Shown here in pieces: positions 15,635 through 28,720 of a DNA stretch of 64,000 nucleotides. Position 1 is the stretch's first letter. Each line of letters opens with the position of its first letter. Position numbers and translations under genes: made by a program. The notes under the pieces were generated by a model. That model worked only from the letters and a program-made list of their open reading frames with translations. It had not been told where the DNA came from and ran no database searches. Source of the stretch: Balanoglossus misakiensis (Eukaryota > Animalia > Hemichordata); assembly GCA_040954595.2 (NCBI GenBank), contig CM082585.2, positions 11,993,863-12,057,862 of the forward strand. The letters are read 5' to 3'.

Positions 15635-15771
15635 ATATTCAAGAGTTTTACGAGGTGACTCTTCTTGACGGCAACAAGAGCATAGCACAGAAGACATTTG
15701 AAACACTGGAGATTGCCTCAAAGTGGGAAATACAACAGCAGCAGATGACACATGCCATACCAGATGTACCT
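15635..15771 (+). CDS. dlg1: dlg1 exon: end of L27 domain, (D)IQEFYEVTLLDGNKSIAQKTFETLEIASKWEIQQQQMTHAIPDVP
   Basis: Polypyrimidine tract ttttttctctctccag acceptor, CCT|gtaagt donor, phase 1 to 0; DIQEFYEVTLLD is the conserved SAP97/Dlg L27 end. Confidence 0.95.
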
Positions 15772-18529
15772 GTAAGTAGTTTACCTAATTTATATATTCT
15801 CATAGTTGCAGTGGTGGTGAGATTATCACTGCTGCAGACATAGCTTCTTACAGACTAAGTTGCACTGTTTCTGTTCCGTATCACATTAAAAAAATTAAGA
15901 TCAGGAGGAAAGAAGTTGTCATTGAGTTTTCTAGATCACAGCTAATGCAATTATAAAATTCTAATTTTAATTTCCTATTGGCAAATCAAGTTGTGAAAAA
16001 CACAGTTACTTCTAAGGTTGGGTATGATTTGAATGCAACATTGGAAAGAATATTATTTGTCTCTGTCATATCAAATTGGACGTGGTGATATGCAATAGAA
16101 AGTGATGCTCATAGCAGGTAAGTGCTCTCTCTACTTTTACATGAATACCACAACAAGAATTGTCATCTTCTGAGGCCATCAGAACGAGGTAAGGTGGATC
16201 TCAAGTTCTTCAGCTCGAACTTGTGTTCAGGTTTTTGGTATTTTTGCTCTGTTTTTTGACTGTTGGGTTTTGTTTCAGTCTTTGGTACATGGTGAACCAT
16301 CCACCCAGAATTTGGACAGTCATAACAACCTGCCTTGTGTTATCATTCAAGGCAAAACATACAATAACTGTAATTACTGTTTTGGCAAGATGCATAAAAC
16401 AAGGTACTCACTTCATACGAAGAACAAGAATGTCCAGTCTGGGAAGATGGTAACTTCCATGGACGAGAATGAAATTCCCAAACAAAAACTTCTGGGCAAA
16501 CTCTCAGACAGCATGCTAGTCAATGTGTGGCGCCCTCTATACCAGTTTTAAGAAACGAAAGGAAATAAGTACATGTATTATGAATCAAACAGTACATATT
16601 GTTTATTAACTCTGCTTTAAGTTGTGTGGGTGATTGATTGCTGTCAGGAGTACAAAGCTGATATTTCTGGCCTGTGATAAAAGGGATAATAATGTGAATA
16701 AATAGCATTGTTCTCTGGCATATGGGGTTGCTGACCTGTCAGTTCAGATTCATGAAACTTACAAGCTGTGCATGTATTCAGACACTCTTTCCATATGCTT
16801 TGCAAGGATGAAACTATGCCAAGCATCTTAAACATGCAAGCGATATGTTGAAGGATTCCTTAAATATTTGCATTTAGGGTAATGACTTGTCTGGGGTTGT
16901 TTTCTGAACTTGACATTTTTATGATAATTCATAATGATTTTCAACATTGGTTAACCGACCGTTAAAATTGTGTCATCAACAGAACAATCAGAGTGTGATT
17001 CTGTGTGATTGCTGTCTCCGATAATTTAGTGATGAACCATTACTCGGTGGCCTTCGTAATATTGATTTTGTCCGGTTCTCAATAAATTTTAATGTTGCAT
17101 TGTCATTCTTTTAGTAGTTTGAGTGTTTTACTCAACTGCAATCTGTCCCTTTTAAGGAGACAGGCTGCTTGCATGAAAAGGAATACGACAATGTCTGTTG
17201 TTTTGTTTTCACAAATACCAAACACTTTTTAAAATTTGAAACCAAAGTACATGTATTGGACGATCAGATGCAAGGTTTGGAATAGAGAAATTTACATGAA
17301 TTTTGACTGAGGTATCTCGAAATGAGTTTTATAGGAAATGATTTAACCTTCAGCCACCGAACACTTTGACAAGCATGTATTTGTCAGACTCCATTGAAGG
17401 AGGTTGAAGAAAAAAATATTAGATTTAGACTAGTAATGATTATTTTATGAACCAGTACCAACATGTTTGTTGTTTTGTCAATGTAGAAAAAAATATTGTA
17501 CCATATTGAACCATATTGTATGTTATCGTTGTGAACATTGAAATTGAAAAACCAATTATATTGATGTTTAATTTTATAAAATACCGTATGGCCAGAGATT
17601 TGCTCCAAAATGTATTCTGATATTATAATCCATAAATATACTTTTCCCGAAAAAATCATTATTTCAACCCTACAAACAATATATGTGAGGCTGATTAAAT
17701 TAAATGCAGATCACAGTGTGTGTTATTCAGTTCATGTGGTTAAACCACCGAATATATGTAGTGTTATGCAGATGCAACCTAAAAAAAACATGCTGTCCGT
17801 GACACAGATATTAAAATTCATTGGACGTGAGCTCACAAAAGAAAAACGTTCAATTTGCCAGTAGCCAAGAAAATCACATGACATTTCAATTGATATCAAG
17901 TCAAGTTAATGTGAGTGTCCCATTTTCTAAATTTCATCTTTAATATGACCAGGTCAACAGTTCTCTATGTGTCTGATCACAGTTTTAATTATTTTGTTTT
18001 TCATGGCCTGAAAACGGAATTCAATTAACATTTTAATTTGGGTCAGTCGGTATTCCTGGTTTCTGCCTACGTGTAAATCATTGATAAATGCCACAGTACT
18101 GGTAACATAAGGGGCTTGGTTATAATATAGATGTGGTTAGGGTGTTTTGTGAGCGTTTTATATTGTCGGTGTCACCTGACAATATTTTCTTATTCTCTGT
18201 AATCAGTCGGCATTTATAGATGAGCTGTCTTTAGGGACACCAGAAGGAAGCCATAGTTGCTTTAATATTGCAGGGGTTTTTGATAATCCCGGTTTTAATT
18301 TGCCTGGGAAACGCCACGATATTTGCATATCGCGAAGCGCTGGATTATACAGAAGTGTTTTTAACAAGGACTGGAATCTGAGCCACATTTAGAGTGAGAT
18401 TGTCTCTGATGATATCAACCTGTTGTGTATTTCTGCTTAATTTCCTGTGGGTTCAGCCACGTTCAAGTGGTTGTCACCAGATATATCATTAACGCAGAAT
18501 TGAATGATTGGGGGTCACTGTTAAATGTG

Positions 18530-19266
18530 ACCCTGGCGCGCCCCAATTTTCTCAATTTAAGCTTGAATTACACAACGCAGCAGAGCGGGCACACTGAACC
18601 ACATGGTCGATCTCCTCGTTGATGACAAACTACGCGACCAGTTGGTGTGCATTCTGTTATGTCATGTTGGACTTCGTGATGGATGTATTATGATTCTGTT
18701 TCAAAGATCTCTTCGATGACGGATCGGAAATTCTGTTGCAGACACGTACAGATCGGCGCGAATATTACGAGAAGATATACGCTGTTTGCACGTGTAGTTG
18801 TCAGTTAATCGTGTGTGTACAACAGACAACTCTCGGACCTGTTCCCCACTCAGCCAAACATTAGTCGACATTAGCTACAAGGGCACGTGTCTATTTTTGT
18901 CTCGTGTCAATAAACTGGCGCGAGAGTCGCTGGCAGGAGTCTACACACACACGGAGAAATTATTGATTTCACCGGCTTTTTGGATCATGCTCTGCATTGT
19001 GACCATGGCTGTGCTTCAGTGTGCGACATTGGTGAACCTGGACAACTTGCAAAAAGGATGTTTCCTGCCTGGCTTGCCACAGTAATCGTCTTCTGTGACG
19101 CTCGTCTGTGTATTTGGCAACATATGGACTGCATTATCTTTTGATAGTATACGGCCACATGTCTACCAGCATGATTCACCTGACCTGTGAATGATATGCT
19201 GTCTCTCGGATGATATTTTTATACATTTTTGGAAAATTTTCGTAACTTTGCTGACAATTATCGCAG
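18530..19266 (+). promoter_or_regulatory. CpG-enriched patch; candidate internal promoter/5'UTR 1
   Basis: Visibly higher CG-dinucleotide density than the CpG-poor flanks; directly precedes the candidate exon at 19267. Confidence 0.5.
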
Positions 19267-19476
19267 ATGTGGAAGCCAAGTGTAACAGCAAGCTGTGACA
19301 ATTTGTCAACAGCTTCATCCAACCCTCGGCTCTGTATTCGACGATCATTCTACCGCACGGCCAGAGAGAGATACAACTTTTACGGAAGTACTGAGCTAAG
19401 CAACCCCACCTTTGCAACATACAAATTAAAATTCAACAACAACGATGATGTTGAAACGTACAGCGAAACTGCAGAG
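19267..19476 (+). CDS. dlg1: Candidate alternative first coding exon of dlg1 (70 aa, MWKPSVTASCDNLSTASSNPRLCIRRSFYRTARERYNFYGSTELSNPTFATYKLKFNNNDDVETYSETAE)
   Basis: ATG to GAG|gtatac is 210 nt, open, phase 0 and in frame with the 31920 exon. It ends a CpG-enriched patch and is followed at once by T-rich intron-like sequence. The donor is suboptimal. Confidence 0.5.
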
Positions 19477-22400
19477 GTATACTTTGTTTATTTTTTTCCT
19501 TCCCTAATCCAGTTTCTTATCATTATATGCATTTCATTATCTGTTCCCAATACGATATATATCTCTTGATGATAATTTTGTTGAAAGAAGTTATCCCCGA
19601 CATTATATTTCATCAAGCCATCTCATAAATCATCGACAGAAACATGAATACCTACCCCCAGGGCAAAATGTCCTTTTTTATGTCACCACACCAGGGACGC
19701 ACGTGATAGATCAAATCAGTGTACCATAATGCTGCATAAGTGAGAATTAACCTTTTTGCAGTACGTAGGTCCAACTTGACTGATAAAATCAGTGGGGTTA
19801 GTCTAAAGCGTAATATAAAATGGTAAAACAGCTGGAAATGACTCCATCGGTGGAGTTAATCATAAAACGTTACTACTTCATTTTTTGGGCACAAAGCACT
19901 CAGACCTTTCTCACTTGTTTTATTTATTGCTTTGTGAGTTACATAAGATGACATCTGTCTCATGAAAACAAGGCCCTGGTCTGCCAATTGTGTTACTTGT
20001 AACAAGCCTAGTAACCAGAATATTCTACAAATAAGAAAATGACTATTTCTGGAAACTCACTGCACATCAACTGGCAGAAAGGCACCAGGTGTTCATGAAA
20101 TATAAATCAGATTTTCATCTCCACCATTCAGTGGAACCATATGGAGTATTTGCAAAAGAGTTCATCAAAGGAGATATGACATTCACATGTAGGATTTCTG
20201 ATAACCTGATGGCATTGCTATGAGTGGTAGTGAAAAATTTAGTGTTAAAATACATGATTCCTACATCATCTGAATGACCTGAATCTGTGCAGATACTTCT
20301 TGCCTTATCTGCTTGTTGTTGTTGACAGCGTTGTGAAGGCAACAGAACAGTTTGTTTTTCATCCATTATTGTGAAGATAATACATTATCATTAGTTTTGC
20401 CAAGAGGCATATGATAATTTCATCAAATCATATTTATTTCAGTGGCATCTTATTTCAACCAAAGAGACATCCAAGAAGGCTTTGCATTCTGTCATGCTTG
20501 GGCTAAAATAGTATCGTACCGAGAATGCATTTATGCTTCAGCATGTTGCATGTTGAGTTTATTGAGCTATTGAGTTGAAATTCCCTAGATTAAATATTCC
20601 AAATAATTTGGCTTGCAAGGGTGCGTTCTCTTAACAAAAAAGTGATCTGGAACAGCGTTGGCCTGACCCCTTTTAAGCCGAAGTAGGTTGTAAAAGAAGC
20701 ATGCTTTCAAATATTTTATGTCATGATCAGTGATAGTTGTATTTGCCGAGTGATTGGAAATATGTCGAAACTTAAGTCTAATTATGATATAGTAGGGTGG
20801 GAGGCAGACCTGTAAATGAGCATGAAAAGTCTTATTTTCTTGTCAAATGATTTTGTTGTGATGGAATTTGGTACATGGAAATCAGACATTTCTGGTACAA
20901 TATGGGGTTCAAGTAAATCATGTGGCGTGTTCTCATGACAACTGTATTGTTGTGTATTGTTCAAGGACAGATGTCAACTGTTCAAGATGTACTGAAACCC
21001 TAGCATGTATCCTCATAGTGTGATTTAAATGCTGTCAAATACAGGCACAGATTCTAACCTTCATGGTACTCTTCATTTGCTCTTGCAAAAGCATGCCAGA
21101 GGAATAGACAGTTTACAGTAAAAATTCTTTGCACAGCAAGATTGCATTTAGATTGCTTCCTCTATAGATACTGCTCTCTGTAGATACTTCCCCGGTAGAG
21201 ATATAATAAAGTTGTGTATTAACTTCAGAGTATTTCAAATTAAAGGTGTTTCTGCATTTATTAAATTCCTGTTCAGTGAGTCATGTTATTTATAGTTGGA
21301 TAAACTGAATTCCAGGTAAATTTGTAAGAGACAATGTTAAATTTCTCTGTCGAGAATATGTGTGCAGTAGGGGTGGAGGTATGTTTATGTAAAAGTGTTA
21401 CGTAAAAAATCTGTTGTGTATTATTCAAGAAAGATTTTTGTTGCCACTTCAAAAAATGGTAGGTTAGTCTCAGAGTCCTGTTGATGGGAATTCAGTGAAA
21501 AATCAATCAATCAAAATTGCTTTCTGACCAAACTGTGGACAACACTTAAAGTATATCTCTGAGGAGCGTTATTGAAAATCTTCGAACGCAGACTCCTACA
21601 AGTAGGAAGACTATGATATACGCCACAGGGCTGTTTACAGCTGTTTAGACACAGATACTCATGGAATGATAATTATTTCTCGGGCAGAGGAGAGAAAAAA
21701 CAAGCCATCTGAAGGCATTGCAGTGATTGCTGACATTTCTGGAACATGAACTGTTCATTTTGCCCAGCTGTACTTATCGGTGTATATTTGTATAAATTAT
21801 ATTTGAATGTACCATGTATGTCTTGTTTATTCAATTTGTACATGTATGCATGTACAAGTAATATAGCAATGAAAAATTATTATTATGTTCTGTGTGTATT
21901 GTCCTTGCAATAAAGAGTGAAGTTGTTCCTACATCAGGCTGTCTTCAAGCCTGATAGCTTGACTTTTAAAAATCTCACTTTCAAAGCTGACAAGTTATCA
22001 TCTTTATTGTATTTTTCTGTTTATCAAATGTTCATCATCTGGTCTCTGCCTCAGTTGACAGATGTCAACTAATTTGTATCATAAGAAGAGCATCTAATGG
22101 CCTCTTCAGGTCAAAGTTCACAGTGTAGTGGCTGGGTTGTGGATCGCAGTGAAAATAATTGCATAAATATTTAAACAGAAGAAACTAGAGTGGGTTGAGA
22201 TTTGTGCAACCAGATCCAAGTGTTTTCACTGAGACTGATTAATGTACAAGTATGGTGTACCACCGAGGTAATCTTAGATTGCACTGAAAATCTATCTGTC
22301 CCTGCGGATAGCTGCATGGTACAATGTCCTCATGTGCACTGCGTGGTAAATTCTTAGTCTGAGCATCTATGTTCGATTATTTGTGCAGTTTTAATAAAGT

Positions 22401-25400
22401 GCATAGGTAGAATGATTAATAATTCTGGGTTATGATCTGTCTCTAGTGATCTGATTTGATTTCCATATGGTTTGTTTTGTCAACATGTGACATGTTTGAT
22501 AAATTATGGATGAATCATTGGACAATATGGATATCATGTCTTTGTTATGCAAGGTTATTGACTATGCAGAGCCTCCATGTTAAAACCTATGAAGGATATT
22601 TTGAAGGATGTTTTCAGATCATTTGAAAGTGTCTATGAAAACGAGCGCCCTCTATGTGATACAAGAACTCTTCTAGCAGTTCCCCAAGTCCTTGCTTCAA
22701 TAGATCAAATTTAAGTGTGAGTTGAGCACTGAAAAAAAAAATGCTCAATTTGGCATGACTATATCAGTTTTCAGAACTCTTAAGTTATCACTGGGGACAG
22801 TCTGTTTGTGAATTCTGTCTGACAGGATGTGTGTGATACTTGTAACTCTTGAAGTACGATACTTGCATTATACTTCTCTGTGCTGTGTGTGGCACATGCA
22901 ATTCAAGCTTATCTTACATTCTCAAATGTGGAAAGGATCTCTCAGTATCAACTCCAAGCTTGCGTTCTGTCATATTGATTTACATCATAGGGTTTGAATC
23001 TACATACTTGGGTGATGGTGTTGATGTTTTGGAGTGCTACGTGTTTTTGGCGTTGTAAAACAAGTACCCAGAGCAAGTGAGGTCTTGTCAATCTGAAGTG
23101 TCAATTTACGATTACTTTTGAAAGACAGAAATGTGAATTTTGGTTGGTTAATACTCCCCAAATCAATCACAATATACAGCGTTACTATCTACTTAAAGTT
23201 ATTACCAACATGTACAAAATACCAGAGAGAAACTGAACTCTGACATAAACAAAGAATATAGAAAATGCAGCACAAGAGGGCGCATTTACGTTGGTTGCGA
23301 CAGCTGCCCCAAATTGATACGGTTCGCAATGTCTCTAGAGAATTTTTAAAACATGCCCTCTCTGTGACCTTTTTGCAAAGTACAAGGATATGAATGTGTA
23401 ATCCAATCTGTTCTCAGACACCATTACTCGTTTACATGAAGTGATTTTAGCTCCGAGGCAGACAGATTATTTTTGGGAGGTAATTCTATAACAGAACCTG
23501 ATGTATTTGCTATTTCTATTTTGGAATAATTGTAAATAAATTATTACCAAGATTGGATTGCAGTCTGAGTGTCAATTTGATTGAAGAGTAGTTCCTGTAG
23601 TGTCCTTTAAAAGAAATAGGATTGCTCAAACTTAGAACTGTTTTAAAGACAGAAATTTGTCAATAAAAGAGTTTCCACTTTCTGTTCATTTGAAAATCCT
23701 TCCTTTTCCAGGTTGTGTGCAATTGTGATAATACAAACAGACACGGTGTATTGTCAGCAATTAAAGCCATCATAAAACCAATTGTGTCATCATATTGTGT
23801 TTTTGTCCCTAGTGACCATTTAATCAGCTGACATGAATTAATAAATACAAAAAGGCCAAGTCACTGCATCTGAAAAGGGAAAAACATGTAGAGCGTGGAG
23901 CGTACATTGAATTATATTTCTAACGCTTCATTGATTTCATTTTAAAGCAAAGAAACGGCATGGGTCATTAATATTTATAAACTTTGGAGAGCATAGCATT
24001 AGAGCGACCGCGTCATGACTAAGTTGTGTAGTCTGCAAGGTTCTCTTGTCGGCTCTATGCTCTCACCACGTCAATTTACATCGCACATGTGTCTGGGCTG
24101 AATACACTCTCCTCCACTGGTTGTTCATTTCCACGAGATTGAAGTTGGACGTTGGCAGTATCAGGGACCAGATTGTGTTTGTTTTCTCTGCTGCTCTGCT
24201 GCATATTCTCTGCAAACTCTTGTTTAAACCCAGCGGGAAGCAATCCGAGGCAAACACCTTGTAATGCAATTTACAGGAAAAAATTTCCAGTGATTTTGTG
24301 AGTTGCATATGAGACTTCCTTTAAATCCGAAACGACGACTGTTCTGTGTTCAAAACCAAAGACTGGCTATTGGCTTTATCAACTTCTATGTGATTGTGTA
24401 CCGCATTCCTCGGGGAAAAAATTCAGAGAGAAAATGAAAACAAAGGAGAAGCGAAGTGCCTGTATGTGTTGGGTCAGCCAAAATAAGGTAAAGTCACAAA
24501 TTCAAGTTTTCAGGTGGAAAATGTTAATTTCTGTTGATGATTGTACGTTTGTCTGTGAGAAATCAGTGTCTGGCCTGCACGCTCAAACATCAGTGAATCA
24601 GCTTCAGTGGCTGATTGTAGGATTTATTTATTACCACTCACGATTACAGTCGATGGCTCGGATGAAAATGTACTGAATTTTCCCGTCTCTGAACAAATAT
24701 GGTCTTGACATGGAGACTGCAGTAATAGGGCAAGAATTGCGAATTCAAGTGAATTCAGCTCAGGTTGGATAGTTTATGGCAACCGTTAATGTTATTTAGT
24801 ACTGCAGTGTACCACTGTTCCTGTCCATCATGTCTCGGTGGCATTTCACACCACATAAAATCGGACCTTTAATTCGTGCAGAATGACAAAATTGATGTCC
24901 CTGGACTAAAGTGTAGTAATCCCTCCAACCTCTGTATTCCCAATTCACCTAAATGATTTCTGTCTTTTACGTGTGACAAATTTCCTTTCACCTAGTGTTT
25001 TTAACAGCATTGCATAAAGAGTGGCAGATTTTTTTTCTGGAAGACAGAATTAAATCTCAGAATAAAAGTAAAAAAACTAAGTCAGTGATCCATTACCTGA
25101 ACTACTGAAGGAACATTTTACCGCTAATTATTATTTGAGCCATTTTGATCCGTTGCCATGGCTTCCGGGAGATGAGGCTTGAAAATGGCCGCCGCTTCAC
25201 GTTTTATAGTCAGGTTGTTCCTGCAGGGATACAAATAGCAGTGCTTGGTTGGCTACTTGAAGCAAATTGAGACCGGTGTGATTTTAACAACAATCGATAA
25301 TGATTCTGTAATTTGAACTCATAGTCTAACCTCAGGAAATGCTGTTCTGGATCACCTTTCAAAGAATTGTAATGAAAAGAGAAGGTCTCCGTTTCAATAA

Positions 25401-28400
25401 TTATCTGCGCTGAAGCAGGTAAAAAGCTGTAGTTCAAAATATGATAAAAAAATTAAAAACAGACATTATTTTCATCAGAACCTTTGCTATAACAAATTTA
25501 AAAACGAAAATAGGTGTGAAGAAAAGCATGGAATGTAATTTTGTTTGAGACCCAATATTGTAGATTTTTTCTTACAGCAGCTCAATCTGTTGTGTGCAGT
25601 TCTAAGAAATTGTCGAAGTGAAACTTACGGTCTCCATCGTTTAGTGTGTAATATGTTTAACTGTTTTTATGGGTGTACTGGCTAGATCAACCTGTATGAA
25701 TAAAATAGTCTGTATTGTGTTACATGTAAGAGGGGTAGAGTCAATATTGTAACTAGGGTTGGTGATTTACATATAGCATGGAAAAGGGTAGCCTAGTATC
25801 TATGTGTATTTCGTCCGCTAGTTTTGGAAGGAAAGCGGACAAAATACGCATAGATAATGGGCTAGGAAAAGGGAAAACCAGTGGAAATATGTAAAATCTT
25901 TGACGGATTTCCCTCGGCTTCGAACCATCCCCTGAATTACCGATATCTTTCAGTAATGTCATTTTGTGAACTCAGTTTATACAAACAAAGAACTGATTTA
26001 TCTGTAATGGTTTTCAGTCCAGTTTGCACCTGCACTCAACTGATTTTGTGTTTGTATGGGAGAAAAAGCAGAGTTTTGCCCACAAGTGTGATTTTTACAG
26101 TAATTGGGTGGGTAATGTCAGGTCTACTTTCAGACTTGTCATCAGATTTCCAGTTTTTGCTGTCAGCTCTTCACCCCTTGAGAGATGTGATCATGTAAAT
26201 TTTTCACTTTTGCCATCTCTTATTTTCCTTATAATATAATGTTATAATAGTTATTTGTTTCTCACTGATGAGGCTTGATGATTTATGGGAAGGATCCCTG
26301 TAATGGCTGGTGGCATTGTTTTGATAATGCAGGTTTCAAATTTGTCGATCTCATATACATACACAGGGAGCATCATCTATTTTTCAGTGGCTGTCTAATC
26401 CAGTTGATGAATGGTTTCGATGTCAGCATCACCATAGCAACTGCCACTTGCAGCCAATGAGAGTGTATGTACTGAGTGTTATCAATTCTGAGTCAGACTT
26501 TGTTAATGACTGTTGAATGTTTATGAAGCACGATTTTTGCATCTTGAAGAATCAAGGAATACTTCTGTAGTGGATACTGTGCATACATTTATGTACATGT
26601 ATTCTGGACACATAATTGCATGGCGCATACCACAAATGTAATATCTTTCACATTGATATCTAGGTTAAAAGCAGTGCTCTGATGGGAAAGATTTATCGTG
26701 TTTCAAAATGCAGAACAAAATAAAAATTGTCACATCAAACAAGACTTTGTCATCATGTACATTTGTAAGTTTCTGAGACACAAGTTGTAATGCAACCCTA
26801 CAATATTCTCTGTAAGTATTGATGTCCTTTCTGATGCAAACAGCTGACGTCAATCATCAGTCGTAATAATTTGCATAAATTTATCAAATGATGTGATCGT
26901 TAATGGGTTCGACGTTGCCACCATCCACCAAGAGCCAATCACTGATCATCAATGTCAAGCCATTATCCTATTCAATAGAAATCTTCCAAATAAACATAGT
27001 GTATTGATTTATTCTCGCTTTGGCTTCATTTGGGGAAAAAATGATGTCAAGTCTTGCCGATTATTTTGCTGTGTTCGTTATCCTTTGCGTGTTTGCGTAA
27101 TAATTACTAAGGACACCTGGAGAAATATTTTGCCGCAGATATTATCACCACCACCATGTTGCCTGTGTACATCACTCCAGCTTGTGTGCGAACAAAACGC
27201 AAGGTACTTTCAGATTTAATTTGACTTGATTTTCAGGGCGTTATTTTATGAAATTAACTCTGTTCCGAGTGAGGAGGTTGTGGTGAAATTAGTGCACTGT
27301 TGAATAGGCAAGTAGTAGCTGAAATTTGATAGTATTCTCATCAAGCAAGTAGTGTTTGCTGACGTCAACCAGTGCTGGCTTTCAATTTGTCATTATCGGT
27401 GGTTGTGTCTAAGTACGGACATGTTTTTTTATAAGAGTGGTGTTAACGTACCCATTTGAATTAAATGCTGTGCTTCATTTGAGCTGATGTCTTATAGAGG
27501 ACATCAAAACAAATATAAATTATACTTGTGTAATTGACACAAACATCAAGAGAAGAAGTGAACACCATAGAGGCTTCATTCTTATGTTCACTATACTTTC
27601 ACATTTCGGAAAATATACTTGACGTTTGCTCTAATATATATCTTGAATTTCCATATCAAAGCAACCTGATTTGAATTATGGATATGACTAAATCTTGTCT
27701 TTGTACATCAATTCAGCTGAAAATGTAATACAGCACACTGCGGTTCTGTTGAGCAGTATTTGACAACACTTGCAGCGATTGCTGTGTGCATGTCATTTGA
27801 GTATCATCCGTGGCAAGTGCATTTGGATGGATTCTATCAAAGATTGTCTGATTTCGCATTGTTTGAGTTTCTAAAAATATATCTGGTGCTGCATTTGCTA
27901 TTAAGGCTGGCTTTGTCTGGATGGGTAGATGCACTTAAGAAGACATGGGTTTGTAATCTGCCCAGCATGCAGTATACAGGTTACTAGAGTGAATTTGGTG
28001 TTATTGGAGATTCTAAAAATAAATCTGCTTGCATATACACAATTGCCATGCCCTTCAGATGGACTGTGCACCTTCACAATTTAAAAAGAACTGTAGTGTG
28101 TTCACTATTGCAAAATACCATCCTTGCCTTCCAGCCATGTAAAATTACTTGTAGATGTAACCAGAGTTATTGCATGTGAGATAGATAGTTATCCATGTGT
28201 GAAATTGACAAAGCGCGGAAAGATGCTAACAGCAGTTTCCATGGTTTCCGCGAGCGTTGTGAAAATTAGCATTGGAGAGGCAGGAAATTGGAAGTGTGTT
28301 GGGATAGCTTCTGCAGACAGTGTGCTCTTAAGTCAGATAATCAGGTTGAATATGGTTGGATGTTTTTAGAAACATGTTCAAAATGAGAGGAAAGTTGTTG

Positions 28401-28706
28401 CATTTTCAGCCCTGTTTGGAATCAGATGAGATGGAAAGGTGATTCTGCATTGTGTAAAATGATAGTAAGATACTTGTCTGTTTAATAAATCAGTGAATTA
28501 CAGGTTAACAGTCATCAATCTTCTTAATGGTTGTTTTGTGTCTGTTTATTCGATTTTCGCTCTCCTTAAGATTTCTTCTGGGCAGAGATTTTAGAAAGCT
28601 TTGAAGAATAATTGGATTATTGTAATAGTGATCACAGAATGTGGAAACTGGTCATGTGGTGTTTTGTGCGTTGGCACAAATGTTCAAATAACCAAGAAAT
28701 TGTCAG

Positions 28707-28720
28707 AGCGCCCCCTGGAG
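28707..28720 (-). promoter_or_regulatory. CTCF-like site (CTCCAGGGGGCGCT on - strand)
   Basis: Close match to the CTCF core. Confidence 0.5.

Noticed and set aside
16093-16123. Strong donor CAG|gtaagt 350 nt after the L27 exon
   Set aside because: No polypyrimidine acceptor or frame-compatible exon upstream; probably cryptic.
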